Source: Octopus bimaculoides
Taxonomy: Eukaryota
Direction: 5' to 3'
NCBI RefSeq assembly: GCF_001194135.2
Contig: NC_068991.1
Coordinates: 3,961,734 to 4,025,733, forward strand
DNA length: 64,000 bases
The translations under genes were made by a program, and so were the position numbers. The notes beneath the pieces were generated by a model, which searched no databases, was not told where the DNA came from, and was given only the letters and a program-made list of their open reading frames with translations. Each line of letters starts with the position of its first letter. The first letter of the stretch is position 1. This document shows positions 13,361 through 25,971 of the stretch, in pieces.

Positions 13361-13535
13361 GCGTGGACATAGTCGTGTGGTTAAGATGTCTGATTCACGA
13401 CGGAATGGATTCAGGTTCAGTCCTCTTGCGTGCCACATGGGACATGTGTCTTCTATTATAGCACTGGGCCGACACGTTCCTTGTAAGTGGATTTGGTCTC
13501 TGGAAACTGAGTGAATAGCCGCTACCCTTGTAGAG
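13361..13535 (+). mobile_element. SINE family B 5' half, diverged
   Basis: GTGTGGTTAAGA...GGTTCAGTCC...GTGTCTTCTATTATAGC...GTGGATTTGGT..GGAAACTGA. Confidence 0.7.
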
Positions 13536-13815
13536 ATGGACAAGTAGCTTAGAATATGCGGGAGTATTCTTGTATTTGTGTATCTGTAGCGAAATTATTC
13601 GTTTTAATGTGAGTGTAGGTGCGTAAGTAAACAATTTCTTTTGTACAAAAGGCAACGAGTAAATTATTGATGACGTCTGCGAGTGCTGGCCGTGTGCCAA
13701 AATTTGAAGTCAATATCGAAGAAATATCAAACATTGTAATTTTCAGATAAAATATTCGTAAATTTGTATAATTTGTGGATGCTGTTATGGTATTGTGCCT
13801 CCTGATTTTAGTTAA

Positions 13816-14037
13816 TACGAGGGGGTGCTGAAAAGTTTCTGGCTTGAAGGGTATCACTAAAGGGCTTCGTTGGAGGCCCAACCGTCAGAGTTCTTTTACA
13901 GGACTTTGAAAAACTGAAGGACCGCTGCTATAAGTGTGTGAATCTGAGAAGGGAATGTGTTTAATAAAATCATATTTAACTGTTTCTCCCGTATTTTCTT
14001 TTACCCGAAGCCAAGAACTTTTCTGCACCACATCGTA
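13816..14037 (+). mobile_element. Mariner-derived MITE (222 bp) in TSSK intron 2
   Basis: 30-bp TIRs including the TA (25/30 match). The interior keeps a transposase-like C-terminus (..KLKDRCYKCVNLRRECV*). Confidence 0.8.
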
Positions 14038-16277
14038 TAAAATATAACATAGATACTCTTAGGAATAAATTTTAATCCTTCACATATTTCTTTTGTACCA
14101 AAATCCCAGTATTTCATATGTAAAGCTTTCCGGAAAAAGTTTTTTTCACATTCTATTTTATGGGCGTGCGGGTTTTCATGTACTTCGTTCAAAGGATACA
14201 ATAATGGTCTTTACATTAACCGTTTGCGGAAGAATATCCAATATATCTTCGCGTTGACTCTTATAAAACTTTCGACATTGTATAGAATTGGTTTCACTTG
14301 AATGCCTAAAATATTACTCAGATGATGTATTCCAAACGGTGCACATTTACTAGTATTTTTTTATATTTTAAATTCTTTTCGTAATAAAACATTAATGCAA
14401 ATACTTGTAGATCTTGTGCATATTTCATTCATAATCCTGCATTTGTAAAATTTTGGTAAATTATAGTAAGGTCTAGATTTACATTTAGAGTTAACACGTG
14501 ATTTAGCGTTTAATACTTTTCAGGACAAGTGTAAAGATATTTCATTGTTTTCTGTCTGTTTATTTTTAACCATTTCGTAGCATATATTTGTTCTTAGCAG
14601 AGATAAAGCAATCTTTTTCGAATCTTATATCAATGCATTTGCATTCCTTACAGCAGCTTCTTTCATTGTTAATGTGTTATTAGTTTTCATCTCGAAATGT
14701 TCCCGATTCAATAGGGCTGAAGTGTGACTTAAATCTTCGATTTTCTATGATATTATACGGAAAATTCAAAAAGTGGCCACAAAAAGCACGAACGGATTTA
14801 TTTCTGCTTGTATTGAAGAATGGTTATTTTTGTTTCTAAGAAGCGGTTCCACACCGTTTCCTTATCAAATAATTCTTCTACAAAATGCTGAAATATCTTA
14901 AATTTCTAAATATATCTTAGAGTGAATGGAATCAATTTAGTAATTTTGCAAATATACTGGTTTTCCTGATGTATTGAGAATGCTTTACTTCGGCAAAGGT
15001 ATTCATTTTATTTCTTTTACCGTCCCCTCTTTGGTCCAATCCTGTCGCTCTTTAAAGAATCCAGAAAACAATTAGCATAGTTTTGTGGGAGGTCTCAACT
15101 TCAATTATTTCTAGCTCCACCTGTGTGGTTTCTTGAATTTCATAGACAAGTTCAAAGTTATTTTTATGAGTATTTCTCAGTGTTGGTAAAAATTTGACAT
15201 TTTAAACTTGAAAATCATTTCCTCGTGTTGATGTATTACTATTTCGAGTCTTGTTTCTGTTTCTAGTTTTAAAATGTCCTTTGAAATCTGAAGTTGGTTT
15301 TTCCTTTTTTATGTTATTCAAAAGTTGAATAATTTCATCTTCGTGTAGGTAGTTTAGCCGTTTTGAAATAAGATTTCTCTAAAAATAGGTTGTCGAGTGT
15401 AATTTCCAATATGAAATTGCCTTCATTATCGTGGAACTAAATATCAATTTTTTTTCCAAACATGAGGTGTGTTTTAGTTCTTCATTTATGCATTTTGTTT
15501 CATGCAAATTTGGAGAGGTTTGGAGAGCTTCATAGCAGTATCCTTCAATTTGTTTTGTTTCTTTTGTTCTGAAATTCATTGCGAATTTTCCAATCAGTGG
15601 CCATGAATTTTTCTCTTTATTTGATGATATAAATTTTAGAAATTCCACGCTCAACTTTATGCTGCTTAAGGATATTTTTTCTTGGTCGACTTTGAAAGTC
15701 AAGTTTTTCTAAAATGGTTTTATCGTTAAATCTGTTGAAAAACCACTGACACTGAATTTAATAGTCAACACTCATAATTATTTCAGCTTTATTGTTGCTC
15801 TCAAACCTGTTCCAAAACGCAAATTTGTTTCCGATGAAAAACCTAATATTATTTTGTTTTAAAGTTCTACCGTAATTTTTTTAAAAATTGTACCGATTAC
15901 GAAAAAGGACACAAGCTGAATCGTGTTTTACACATGCATACTAATATAAAACATATAACCAGCATAAAGAAGGTCAACAAATGCCAAATCATATTCGAAG
16001 AGAACAGAAACAAAATTGGAAAATGTGGACGGTACAAAACAAGAACATATTTTAAGGTGTCCAAAGGATAAAATTGGCGTTTTAGGCTGTGCGTCCGGAA
16101 ATTTGAATTATATTCAAATGGGGATCAGGTTGTGAAGGGAATTAAGAAAGAAAACATTGGAACGAATTTTAAAAAATGACACAGCATCGGCAGCAACCAA
16201 CAGACCTCCACCACCAACAACAACAACGACAACAAAGACAACAACATCTCTCATCCTCATCACCATCATCATCATTG

Positions 16278-16478
16278 AGGCCGTGAGCTGGCAGAATTGT
16301 TAGTACACCGGAGAAAATGGTTAGCGGCCTATTGCCTGGCTTTTCGTTCTGAGTTCAAATTCCAAGAAAGTCGACTTTGCCTTTCATTTTTTCGGGGTGG
16401 ATAAAATTTGAGTCCTGGGGTTGACTCGTCTTATCCCCTTCCCCAGAGTATACTGGCCTTGTGTCAAAATATGAAACG
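16278..16478 (+). mobile_element. SINE family A, diverged
   Basis: GAGCTGGCAGAATTGTTAG...TTCTGAGTTCAAATTCC...GTCGACTTTGCCTTTCAT. Confidence 0.75.
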
Positions 16479-16479
16479 A

Positions 16480-16552
<73 letters not shown>

Positions 16553-17874
16553 CGTCGTGACTATTATTATCATTGTTATTATTATTATCCCTAAGAATGT
16601 CGCCTGGGGGCCATTCTTTCGACTAAAGGCGGTGCTTCAGCATGGCCGCAGTCAAAATGACTGAAACAGGTAAAAGAATAAAAAAATATCTCGGAATGCA
16701 TGTAACTTCACAGAGACACACACAGAAACAGACACACAGACACACACTCATGCCTTTGCACAATGAAATCAATCTTTGTTAGAATTAACTCCACAAAAAT
16801 CTTTGAATCGAAAATTGCTACAACTCGTCTTCAGTTATAAGGCGAAGATTTCAGAGCGAATTCGACATGGTGAAGGAAGGCGAGAAAAGTGGAATAGGTA
16901 CAAGGAGAAATGCCATACTGGAGGAAAGGAAAAATAAAACAGGAAATAAAGGGGAAGATGTCTACTTAAATGTCGATTCATGTAATACTTAGCATATTAA
17001 CAGTAAGAAGGTTTTGACATGAAATTAAAGCAACGTCAATTGTTTGACTACGATAATTTTTTTGTAGAAATGAAACCGGTAGAAATGAATAACCATTTTA
17101 AAAATATTTGCCATACAAGTTTTTCAGAAGTATTCTATTTCTTATTGTACATATATATATATGTACATATTAAAGAACTTCAATTTTCTTATTTTAAGAA
17201 ATAGATGAAAAATTCGAGTTACGTATCCATAAATCTGTGGAGAACAGACTCTTAAACTGTAGCCATACAATCCCTTACATTTAAGTATTATCCAATATGT
17301 GTGTTTATTAAGTAATGACTTCGTTTCGTGCATAACGATCACAGTATTTAAAAAAAATTGTAGTCCTTCCCGAGTTCATCTTTTAGCTGCAAACAAATGT
17401 GATGATCTTAATTAACGGGTCAACTAAGAAAGTGGAGAAGCATACCAACATTTTCTTTTGGTTTGTTGGAACAGATGTGGTGATCTCTTCCAGAAAGTTT
17501 AGAGTGTTTGCGTGTTTGTGAGTGACTAATATGTTTCCCGCGCTGTAATTATATTAGTTTCATCTCACAGCTTCAGACCATTTCATTTGCCTGGCAAAGT
17601 GCATCTGGGAAACTTATTTTATCGACCCCTGTTAACTGACAGGCAAAGTCATCTTGTGCTTCGTTTGCACTCTGATCATAACGGTATCTTAATATAGCTG
17701 ATTATTTAGTTGGGCTTTTTTCTTACTTTGTGCCGTCTTTTAATAATCTACCGCCATTTTGTCTGTCGCTCTCGCATTTCTGACAATCTATCGCTATTTC
17801 CCCGGTGTTTGCTATCCATTCTGCCAACCCACTAACCTCTTTAGCAAGAGCGAGAATTCATAATACTTACTTAC

Positions 17875-18023
17875 CTGTGCACAATGAGGCTCCTATGAAG
17901 GTAATCTACTGCGTTTACTATGGGCAAGTACATTTTTCTGGCGTGATTCTCGCTCAAGCTCCCTCTCAAATTGATATACTCCAGCAGTGTGCCATGACTT
18001 GCAAACTCCATGATAATAAATGT
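17875..18023 (-). CDS. TSSK: TSSK-family kinase, coding exon 2 (149 nt; not shown in the ORF track)
   Basis: Acceptor atcacag|, then TFIIMEFASHGTLLEYINLRGSLSENHARKMYLPIVNAVDYLHRSLIVH-AG, then donor |GTAAGT. The split AG|G codon joins exon 3 to form HRD. Confidence 0.95.
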
Positions 18024-18971
18024 CTGTGATTAAAGTTACGACACATCATTGCGTTTACTCAAGCTAGAAAAATGAAACTTATAATAAGGTATATGACGTG
18101 TTCATTATTTATAACATATGCAAGTAACATCAACAGGCGAAAACAATGACGGAGTCTCTGATTGGTTGTAGGGCAGCTAGAAATAATAGACAAATCTAGA
18201 CAAATCTGTTTCTCAAAATTCACCCTAATGTCTTAAAAGAGTACATTTCGGATAATGTGATTCTGTTCTCCCTTCATATAATAAAACACAGGATGGCCAA
18301 ATTTGAACAACATTTGATTGTAAGTTTGCTCAATTGAGGCCTAGACCTGTAGGTAATCGATATCAATAAAAATAGATACAATAGCAGGTGATTCAACGTG
18401 GTCGCTTCACTAGAAATAGCAGCCAAATATTCTTCAAATAACACCTTGTCGTCTGTAGCGTCTTCTAAAGTTCAGGAGGCACTAGAATACTCACTAAAAA
18501 AGGACAGGGTAGCCGTAGACGGAACATCTTAGATCATAGTTCCGTAGCATCAGGCTTGACCTGGGGCTAAATCAAACGAAAAAGAATAACAAAAAAATGT
18601 AAAACAACGAAATAACAAAAACAACAACGACAGTGACATGAAAAGGGGAAGATACTGTTTTACTAATTTCTTTCAATCTAATTAATTATTTAACCATTAA
18701 GGAAATCTAAATATAGCAAAACTTGCGGATATTGCATTTATGGACATCTTAATGATGTAAGAGAAGAAACTGTTGGGATAATAATGCGACCAAGCAAAGC
18801 CATAGTTTGTGTAAAACAAGAAAGACATAAAACCAACAAAACAAATCATTTTGTGAAGAAAGTTTTCGTTTAAGTGTATAAAAATAAAATCGGGAGAGAA
18901 ATCATTTAAAAGTGTTTTGATTTGGCTTTGTTATTATTTAATGATAAGTGGATTTCAAACGAATACTTTAA

Positions 18972-19352
<381 letters not shown>

Positions 19353-19359
19353 TGTGTGT

Positions 19360-19449
<90 letters not shown>

Positions 19450-19689
19450 AAACATAAATGGTGAATCTGCTGGTAAAAATAACAATGCAAAAACACTAAT
19501 AAAAATAAAGATATTTAAAAACGAAAAACGAAAATGTACAAGAATTTAATATAAAATGCAATTTGAATCTTCGGTATAAATCTGATTGGTCAACATCTAT
19601 CAAAATGTCAGCTAGTCACAATGCCCGGTCAGCCAGTCACAATAGAGGAGACTTCATTAACATCGTATAAGCAAAAACATGGATAAAGC

Positions 19690-20902
19690 TATCAGGTTGT
19701 CCGAAAAGTACTGAGCGATTTCTGGATTTGTGTCTTTAAGCCCATCGTGCAATAATTCTAATCTTAGTCTGACTCATACTTCAGAATTGCTTGCATATTA
19801 AAGCTTATCGGCATATATTTTACTTTTTTCAACTCTAATCGCCATTTGAAATGTGTAACCAAAAGATGCTTATTTGCCACTTAAGGCTTTTCTTCTTCAA
19901 AATATGTGAAAATGCTGTGGAAAAGTGTAAAATCATCTGTGGAGGTTATGGATAAGATACTGTAAGTGAATCAACTGTTCCAAGATGGTTTTTAAAATGT
20001 AGAGATGCTGAGTTGAGCTTAGAAGGTGACAGTCGCTGTGGAAGATCCTCAACCTAAGATAACAAGAATTTGAAGGTAACCATTGAAGGAAACTCGAATA
20101 TTATGACTAGAGAACTTGCAGAGAAGTTGGAAGTTTCTGGAAATACCGTTCATGAAAAGTTAGTGAATATTGGATGTTTCTCGCTATGATGTTTGGGTGC
20201 CTCACAAAACTCTCAGAATAATAACTGCATGCACCGGTATTCCATCTGTGATACGCTTCTGAAACGCAATGAAAATAAGCCTTTCTTGAAACAACTGGTA
20301 ACTGGAGATGAAAAATGGATTGTTTACGATAATATAGTGAGAAAAAAATCTATCGATCCTCCAAAACAGCTACCAAAGCAGAAGATCCATTCCTAAAATG
20401 TCATGCTTTGTGGAATTTCAAAGGCATTATTTACTACGAGCTACTCTTACAAAATAAGGCTATTAATGCTGATGTTTACTGCTGCCAACTAGCAAACTTG
20501 AATCAAGAGATCAAGGAAAGGGGTTGTGTTCCACCAGGACAATGCCAGGCCACATGTGTCTTTGGCTACCCACACAAAGTCGCATGCATTTGAGAAGGGT
20601 CTCTTGCCCCATCTATCATACTCCCCATGACATTGCACTATCTGACTATCATTTGTTTCCGTCTCTGCAAAACATTGTAAAGGGAAAATCATTTAACGAT
20701 TCAGAGGGAGTCAAAACCCATATAGACGACCTATTTTTCCCAAAAGCAACTGAGTTTCATGCCGATGGAATATTGAAATTGCCTGCTAAGGTCATAAAAA
20801 ACGATAGAAATTACTTGAATGAATAAAGATGAGAGAATGTTTAAAATTTCTTATCCTTTATTGCGCTTAAAGTATGCTAAGAACTTTCCGAACAACCTGA
20901 TA
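19690..20902 (+). mobile_element. Full-length decayed mariner transposon (about 1.2 kb) in TSSK intron 1
   Basis: TIRs TCAGGTTGTCCGAAAAGTACTGAGC / TCAGGTTGTTCGGAAAGTTCTTAGC (21/25 match) with TA on both sides. Broken transposase 19851-20826 contains HTH ..SESTVPRWF, LVTGDEKWIVYDN and DIALSDYHLFPSLQN, with stops and frameshifts. Confidence 0.92.
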
Positions 20903-21287
20903 TTTATGCATTTCCTTCTGTAGATGCAAAAGAATTCTAACAAATCACCCTTTCAGTGGTCGTCTTTATGATTTTGATCACTGATGTACTAAAGCATCTG
21001 CTGTTGGCCCTATATATCTATGCATGCATACATACGTACATAAACAGCTTCTAAACCTCTAGCTTCTATTTCCAAATTATAAATTCACATTTATCCAGTT
21101 AATAATTGGTTCACTTATCTTTGTAAGTAAATGTCTAAGTGATAATCTGGACAAGCTACGGGTTTTAGACAAAGACATCAACCAACTGACTCGCGCATAT
21201 ACATCAGACTGCGCCCTAAAATACTAACCAAATCATTTCAGATCTGGCGCATGCACGAATGCCTGCAGTCATAATACATACTACTGA

Positions 21288-21327
<40 letters not shown>

Positions 21328-22208
21328 TAGATAGATAAGTATGTATATATTTGCATACATTCATTCGCTATATTTGCACGCACACTGTGCATGAGTTCCC
21401 GATATGGGTATATATNNNNNNNNNNNNNNNNNNNNNNNNNNNNNNNNNNNNNNNNNNNNNNNNNNNNNNNNNNNNNNNNNNNNNNNNNNNNNNNNNNNNN
21501 NNNNNNNNNNNNNNNNNNNNNNNNNNNNNNNNNNNNNNNNNNNNNNNNNNNNNNNNNNNNNNNNNNNNNNNNNNNNNNNNNNNNNNNNNNNNNNNNNNNN
21601 NNNNNNNNNNNNNNNNNNNNNNNNNNNNNNNNNNNNNNNNNNNNNNNNNNNNNNNNNNNNNNNNNNNNNNNNNNNNNNNNNNNNNNNNNNNNNNNNNNNN
21701 NNNNNNNNNNNNNNNNNNNNNNNNNNNNNNNNNNNNNNNNNNNNNNNNNNNNNNNNNNNNNNNNNNNNNNNNNNNNNNNNNNNNNNNNNNNNNNNNNNNN
21801 NNNNNNNNNNNNNNNNNNNNNNNNNNNNNNNNNNNNNNNNNNNNNNNNNNNNNNNNNNNNNNNNNNNNNNNNNNNNNNNNNNNNNNNNNNNNNNNNNNNN
21901 NNNNNNNNNNNNNNNNNNNNNNNNNNNNNNNNNNNNNNNNNNNNNNNNNNNNNNNNNNNNNNNNNNNNNNNNNNNNNNNNNNNNNNNNNNNNNNNNNNNN
22001 NNNNNNNNNNNNNNNNNNNNNNNNNNNNNNNNNNNNNNNNNNNNNNNNNNNNNNNNNNNNNNNNNNNNNNNNNNNNNNNNNNNNNNNNNNNNNNNNNNNN
22101 NNNNNNNNNNNNNNNNNNNNNNNNNNNNNNNNNNNNNNNNNNNNNNNNNNNNNNNNNNNNNNNNNNNNNNNNNNNNNNNNNNNNNNNNNNNNNNNNNNNN
22201 NNNNNNNN

Positions 22209-22278
<70 letters not shown>

Positions 22279-24005
22279 GCTCGCGCGTTGAATGTGATGC
22301 GTGAATGTTTTCGGTGGTTAGAATTCCGTTATATAAATAATTTTTATAAAGAGAAATTCTGTTTCCCTGAACGGTATCTCATACTTAATGGAATTCTATA
22401 GTGAAAAATAAATAAATAAACAAATGAAGCGAAAGAAAGAAGTCAAGTAAAAAGTAAATCCCTCGGATGCAAACCCTGAGGGCATCTTTCGTAAATCTGC
22501 TTATCGCCACGTTTGTGTTTTTTTCCAGTTTTACTTTATATGTGAACATCTATGGAAAGGCATCGAGGACATAATCGAAATATTCAGCATAATACATGTC
22601 TGACTATTGTGACTTATATAATCTTAAAATCGATATACAGCATGCATCTGTGTACGTGTATACACGCGTGTCATTATACGTAGAAAGACAAAGAGAAAGT
22701 GAATGAGAGAAAGAGAGCTGGAGAGAGAGGAAAAAGAAACGAAAGAGGAGACAGAGACGGGTAGACATAAAGAATGGTGATTTATGATTTTTATTCTAGT
22801 CTTGTAAATAGCTGCTTCTTTTAAAACAATAGCTGTCCACTCGTGACCGAGGAAGACTATCACTGACCATTGCCAATGCAAAATGTCAGTAATGTTTGTG
22901 CAAATTTTCGGTTCAATAAGTTTCGAGAACACCCCCCAACCTATTAACATGATCGAGAGAGAAGCCGAGGCAAAATATCTAGTGCCTATCCGGGTCGCAG
23001 GCTTCGGAATGTGGGAGCGGCACGATCTTGAGTACCAGCAAATGATTTCCAAAACGTCCACTGCTATTCCCTGCATATTTGATTTTATACCAGAGCGATT
23101 TCCGAGAGACACCTTTTAACAAAAATGATGGGTGCCTCCCTCCCAGTAGATTCCAGCACGCTGAACACGAACCAGGAATTCCTGGGGGGACAGTGGTATT
23201 AGATAGTTATTGAACCTACGCAGAGCTGATCTGTCTTTTTTGACAGATTTTGCTTTTAGTCCTGCTGGGTTTCTAGCAACCCTCCTTAAGATGTTTTAAC
23301 AATCTTAACGTGCATAAGCTATAGTCAAGCGAAGGACTGCTTCCGGAACCTGCCACCAAACATTGGCGTTTCGTACACAAGATGGTAGCTGAGTTTGTCC
23401 TCCACCACCGTTTGACAGCCGGTGTTAGTATGTTTACGACCAAAGAAGAACTAGCCCAATATGGCAGCAATCTAACGACTGAAACACGTGAAGCGTAAGT
23501 GATAAAAGGTAAAAGGTAGGGTCCATATAACACATTATCCCTAAAAGCCTTATCACCCAAATATCAACAGTTTTTCGGCAAGTAACATTGAAGTCATAAT
23601 TGCGTTTTTGCTTGATTAGCACGAAGGTGGTTGAGAATCTAATTGTACGAAAATTAGTTCCTTTTAACTCGGTGCCCGAAATGTCTGTACAAGCATTATC
23701 ATAAATGAAATTTTTACTTATGATTACGTCTTAAGTTTTTCTTTACGATGTTGAATCTCACTTAGGTGTAAGAAAAAGCAATCAGAATGAATTATGCTAA
23801 TAAACTCGTTAATAAACCAATTTCTAATAAGGTAATAATTACTGCCATAGATACAAAGCTACACATTCGAATGCGTGTGTGGGGGGAGGGGTAGAATTGT
23901 GAACAGGTAAAATCAATTAAAGCGGCTGCATTACTAAGGAAAGATGAAAAAAGAGAGCGGTCCCACTGGGATATAAAGTCAAGTATTATTGTATATTGCT
24001 GTGAA

Positions 24006-24312
24006 AGCGGGTGGCTTCGTGGTTAGGGAATTCGACTCACGATTATAAGGTCGTGAGTTCGATTCCCGGCGACGCGTTGTGTCCTTCAGCAAGACAGTTT
24101 ATTTCACGTTGCTCCAGTTCACTCAGCTGGCAAAAATGAGTTGTACTTGTATTTCAAAGGGCCAGCCTTGTCACACTGAATCTCCTTGAGAACTACGTTA
24201 GTGGCACACGTGTCTGTGGAGTGCTCAGCCACTTGCACGTTAATTTTACGAGCAGGCTGTTCCGTTGATCGTATCAGCTGGGACCCTCGTCTTCGTAACC
24301 GACGCAGTGCTC
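24006..24312 (+). mobile_element. SINE family C (tRNA head, about 300 bp)
   Basis: GTGGCTTCGTGGTTAG..GAGTTCGATTCCC (A/B boxes) and a body ending CTCGTCTTCGTAACCGACG. Homologous to 8516-8830. Confidence 0.8.
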
Positions 24313-24464
24313 CTTATATTATTATATTCTCAAATACGTTTCCTTCTCCCGTCCCTTCTTTATAATAAGGATTTCTTTCAGAAACACAGGGTTTAAAAAT
24401 GTTTATTTTGTTCCTTGTTCAAAAGAGGTGCACATCTAATTAATATCCTTTCTACTTTTCGCAC

Positions 24465-24842
24465 AAAGCTTGAAATTTTGAATTTGGGCTCCAGTGGATT
24501 TCATGGGCCCAATTATTCAACTAGTGTTATATTTCATCGACCACGAAAAGATTAAATACAAAGTCAGCCTCGGCAGAATTTGAACTCAAGACGTAAAGAT
24601 CCGAGAGAAATGCCGCTAAACATTTAGTCCGGCATGCTAAAGATTCTGCCAACTCACTGACTTACCTTTGACTAATATCAATTACCAAATTGGCGGTACG
24701 CTCGCTCAGGGGTATTTCGTCTGCCGTTACGTTCTGAGTTCAAATTCCGCCGAGGTCAACTTTGCCTTTCATCCTTTCGGGGTCGATTTAATAAGTACCA
24801 GTTACACACTGGGGTCGATGTAATCGACCTAATCCCTTTGGC
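24465..24842. mobile_element. Two head-to-head family A SINEs (minus about 24465-24663, plus about 24705-24842)
   Basis: The family A central block is present in both orientations. Confidence 0.75.
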
Positions 24843-25312
24843 TGTACTGTATTATATATATATATATATATATATATATNNNNNNNNNNNNNNNNNNNNN
24901 NNNNNNNNNNNNNNNNNNNNNNNNNNNNNNNNNNNNNNNNNNNNNNNNNNNNNNNNNNNNNNNNNNNNNNNNNNNNNNNNNNNNNNNNNNNNNNNNNNNN
25001 NNNNNNNNNNNNNNNNNNNNNNNNNNNNNNNNNNNNNNNNNNNNNNNNNNNNNNNNNNNNNNNNNNNNNNNNNNNNNNNNNNNNNNNNNNNNNNNNNNNN
25101 NNNNNNNNNNNNNNNNNNNNNNNNNNNNNNNNNNNNNNNNNNNNNNNNNNNNNNNNNNNNNTATATATATATGAAAATCGATGCACATGCGTGTGTATCC
25201 CCATACGTAAAAAGGTGATGAGAAGGGAGCTAAGATACTAGTACTCAGAACGATTATGTATTATGTATATATGGATGTATATGTATAAGAATTGATGTAT
25301 AAATGAACTAAC

Positions 25313-25600
25313 CTTTTTTTCGATGGTAAGAATCTCAAACACATTAGCTATGTTTGGATGCTTAACCGCTTGAACTATTTCAATCTCTCTTGGTAGAAAC
25401 CGATCCCTGAATTCGGCCGGAATTTTATTCAAATCAAGGATTTTGATGGCAACCTTTTTGCGCTCATTCTCACTAAAGCCCAGTTTAACTTTACTGTACG
25501 ATCCGTGACCAATGGTAGGGCCAAATTTATATCCGCTTATCTCTATTGATGAATCTTCAATAAATCGTGAAGCTTTGCCGGTTTTCGATTCAGCAGTCAT
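25313..25600 (-). CDS. TSSK: TSSK-family Ser/Thr kinase, coding exon 1 (96 codons)
   Basis: MTAESK...GYKFGPTIGHGSYSKVK...KVAIKILD...FLPREIEIVQAVKHPNI...TIEKK contains the Gly-rich loop, the VAIK lysine and the alphaC Glu. In-frame TAA two codons upstream of the ATG. Phase-0 donor AAG|GTTAGT at 25312. Confidence 0.95.
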
Positions 25601-25636
25601 GATTTATACACAGTGATAACCATGACATTTTGCCAT
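25590..25636 (-). promoter_or_regulatory. Cluster of three uORFs abutting or overlapping the TSSK ATG
   Basis: uATGs at 25636 (MAKCHGYHCV*), 25628 (MSWLSLCINHDC*) and 25623 (MVITVYKS*), one in each frame. Relevant only if this segment is 5' UTR. Confidence 0.4.
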
Positions 25637-25963
25637 TTCAGTTGTGAATAATAACGGTGGAGGTTCCTTTTGTTTTTGGTCGAAGATGGTGATGGCTTTT
25701 ACACAAATATTTCCGTTTATATTTGTACTGGTTTGATCGAAATTTTCGAAAATGTCGAATTTGCTACCAGAGAAAATCATTTCGCTTCCATATTTTTTAT
25801 GAAACGAACGATGAAAATAAGTAAATAAATGAGAATATTTAATTTAATAATAAACAGTAAGGCGAAAAAAAAAAAAAAATACAATACTTCTATAAATCTT
25901 AATTTAACGCATCATTTTCTCTCTTTTTCTTCGTATCATCTTGAGTTGCTTTTCTTTCTTTTA

Positions 25964-25971
25964 TGACGTCA
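25964..25971. promoter_or_regulatory. Full palindromic CRE (TGACGTCA) upstream of the TSSK start codon
   Basis: ATGACGTCAT at 25963-25972, 364 bp 5' of the ATG on the gene's strand. Function is inferred only. Confidence 0.4.

Noticed and set aside
22624-23119. Overlapping ORFs of 162 aa (-) and 78 aa (+) in TSSK intron 1
   Set aside because: No recognisable domain or splice context, and part of the frame is GA microsatellite. Possibly an old TE fragment.
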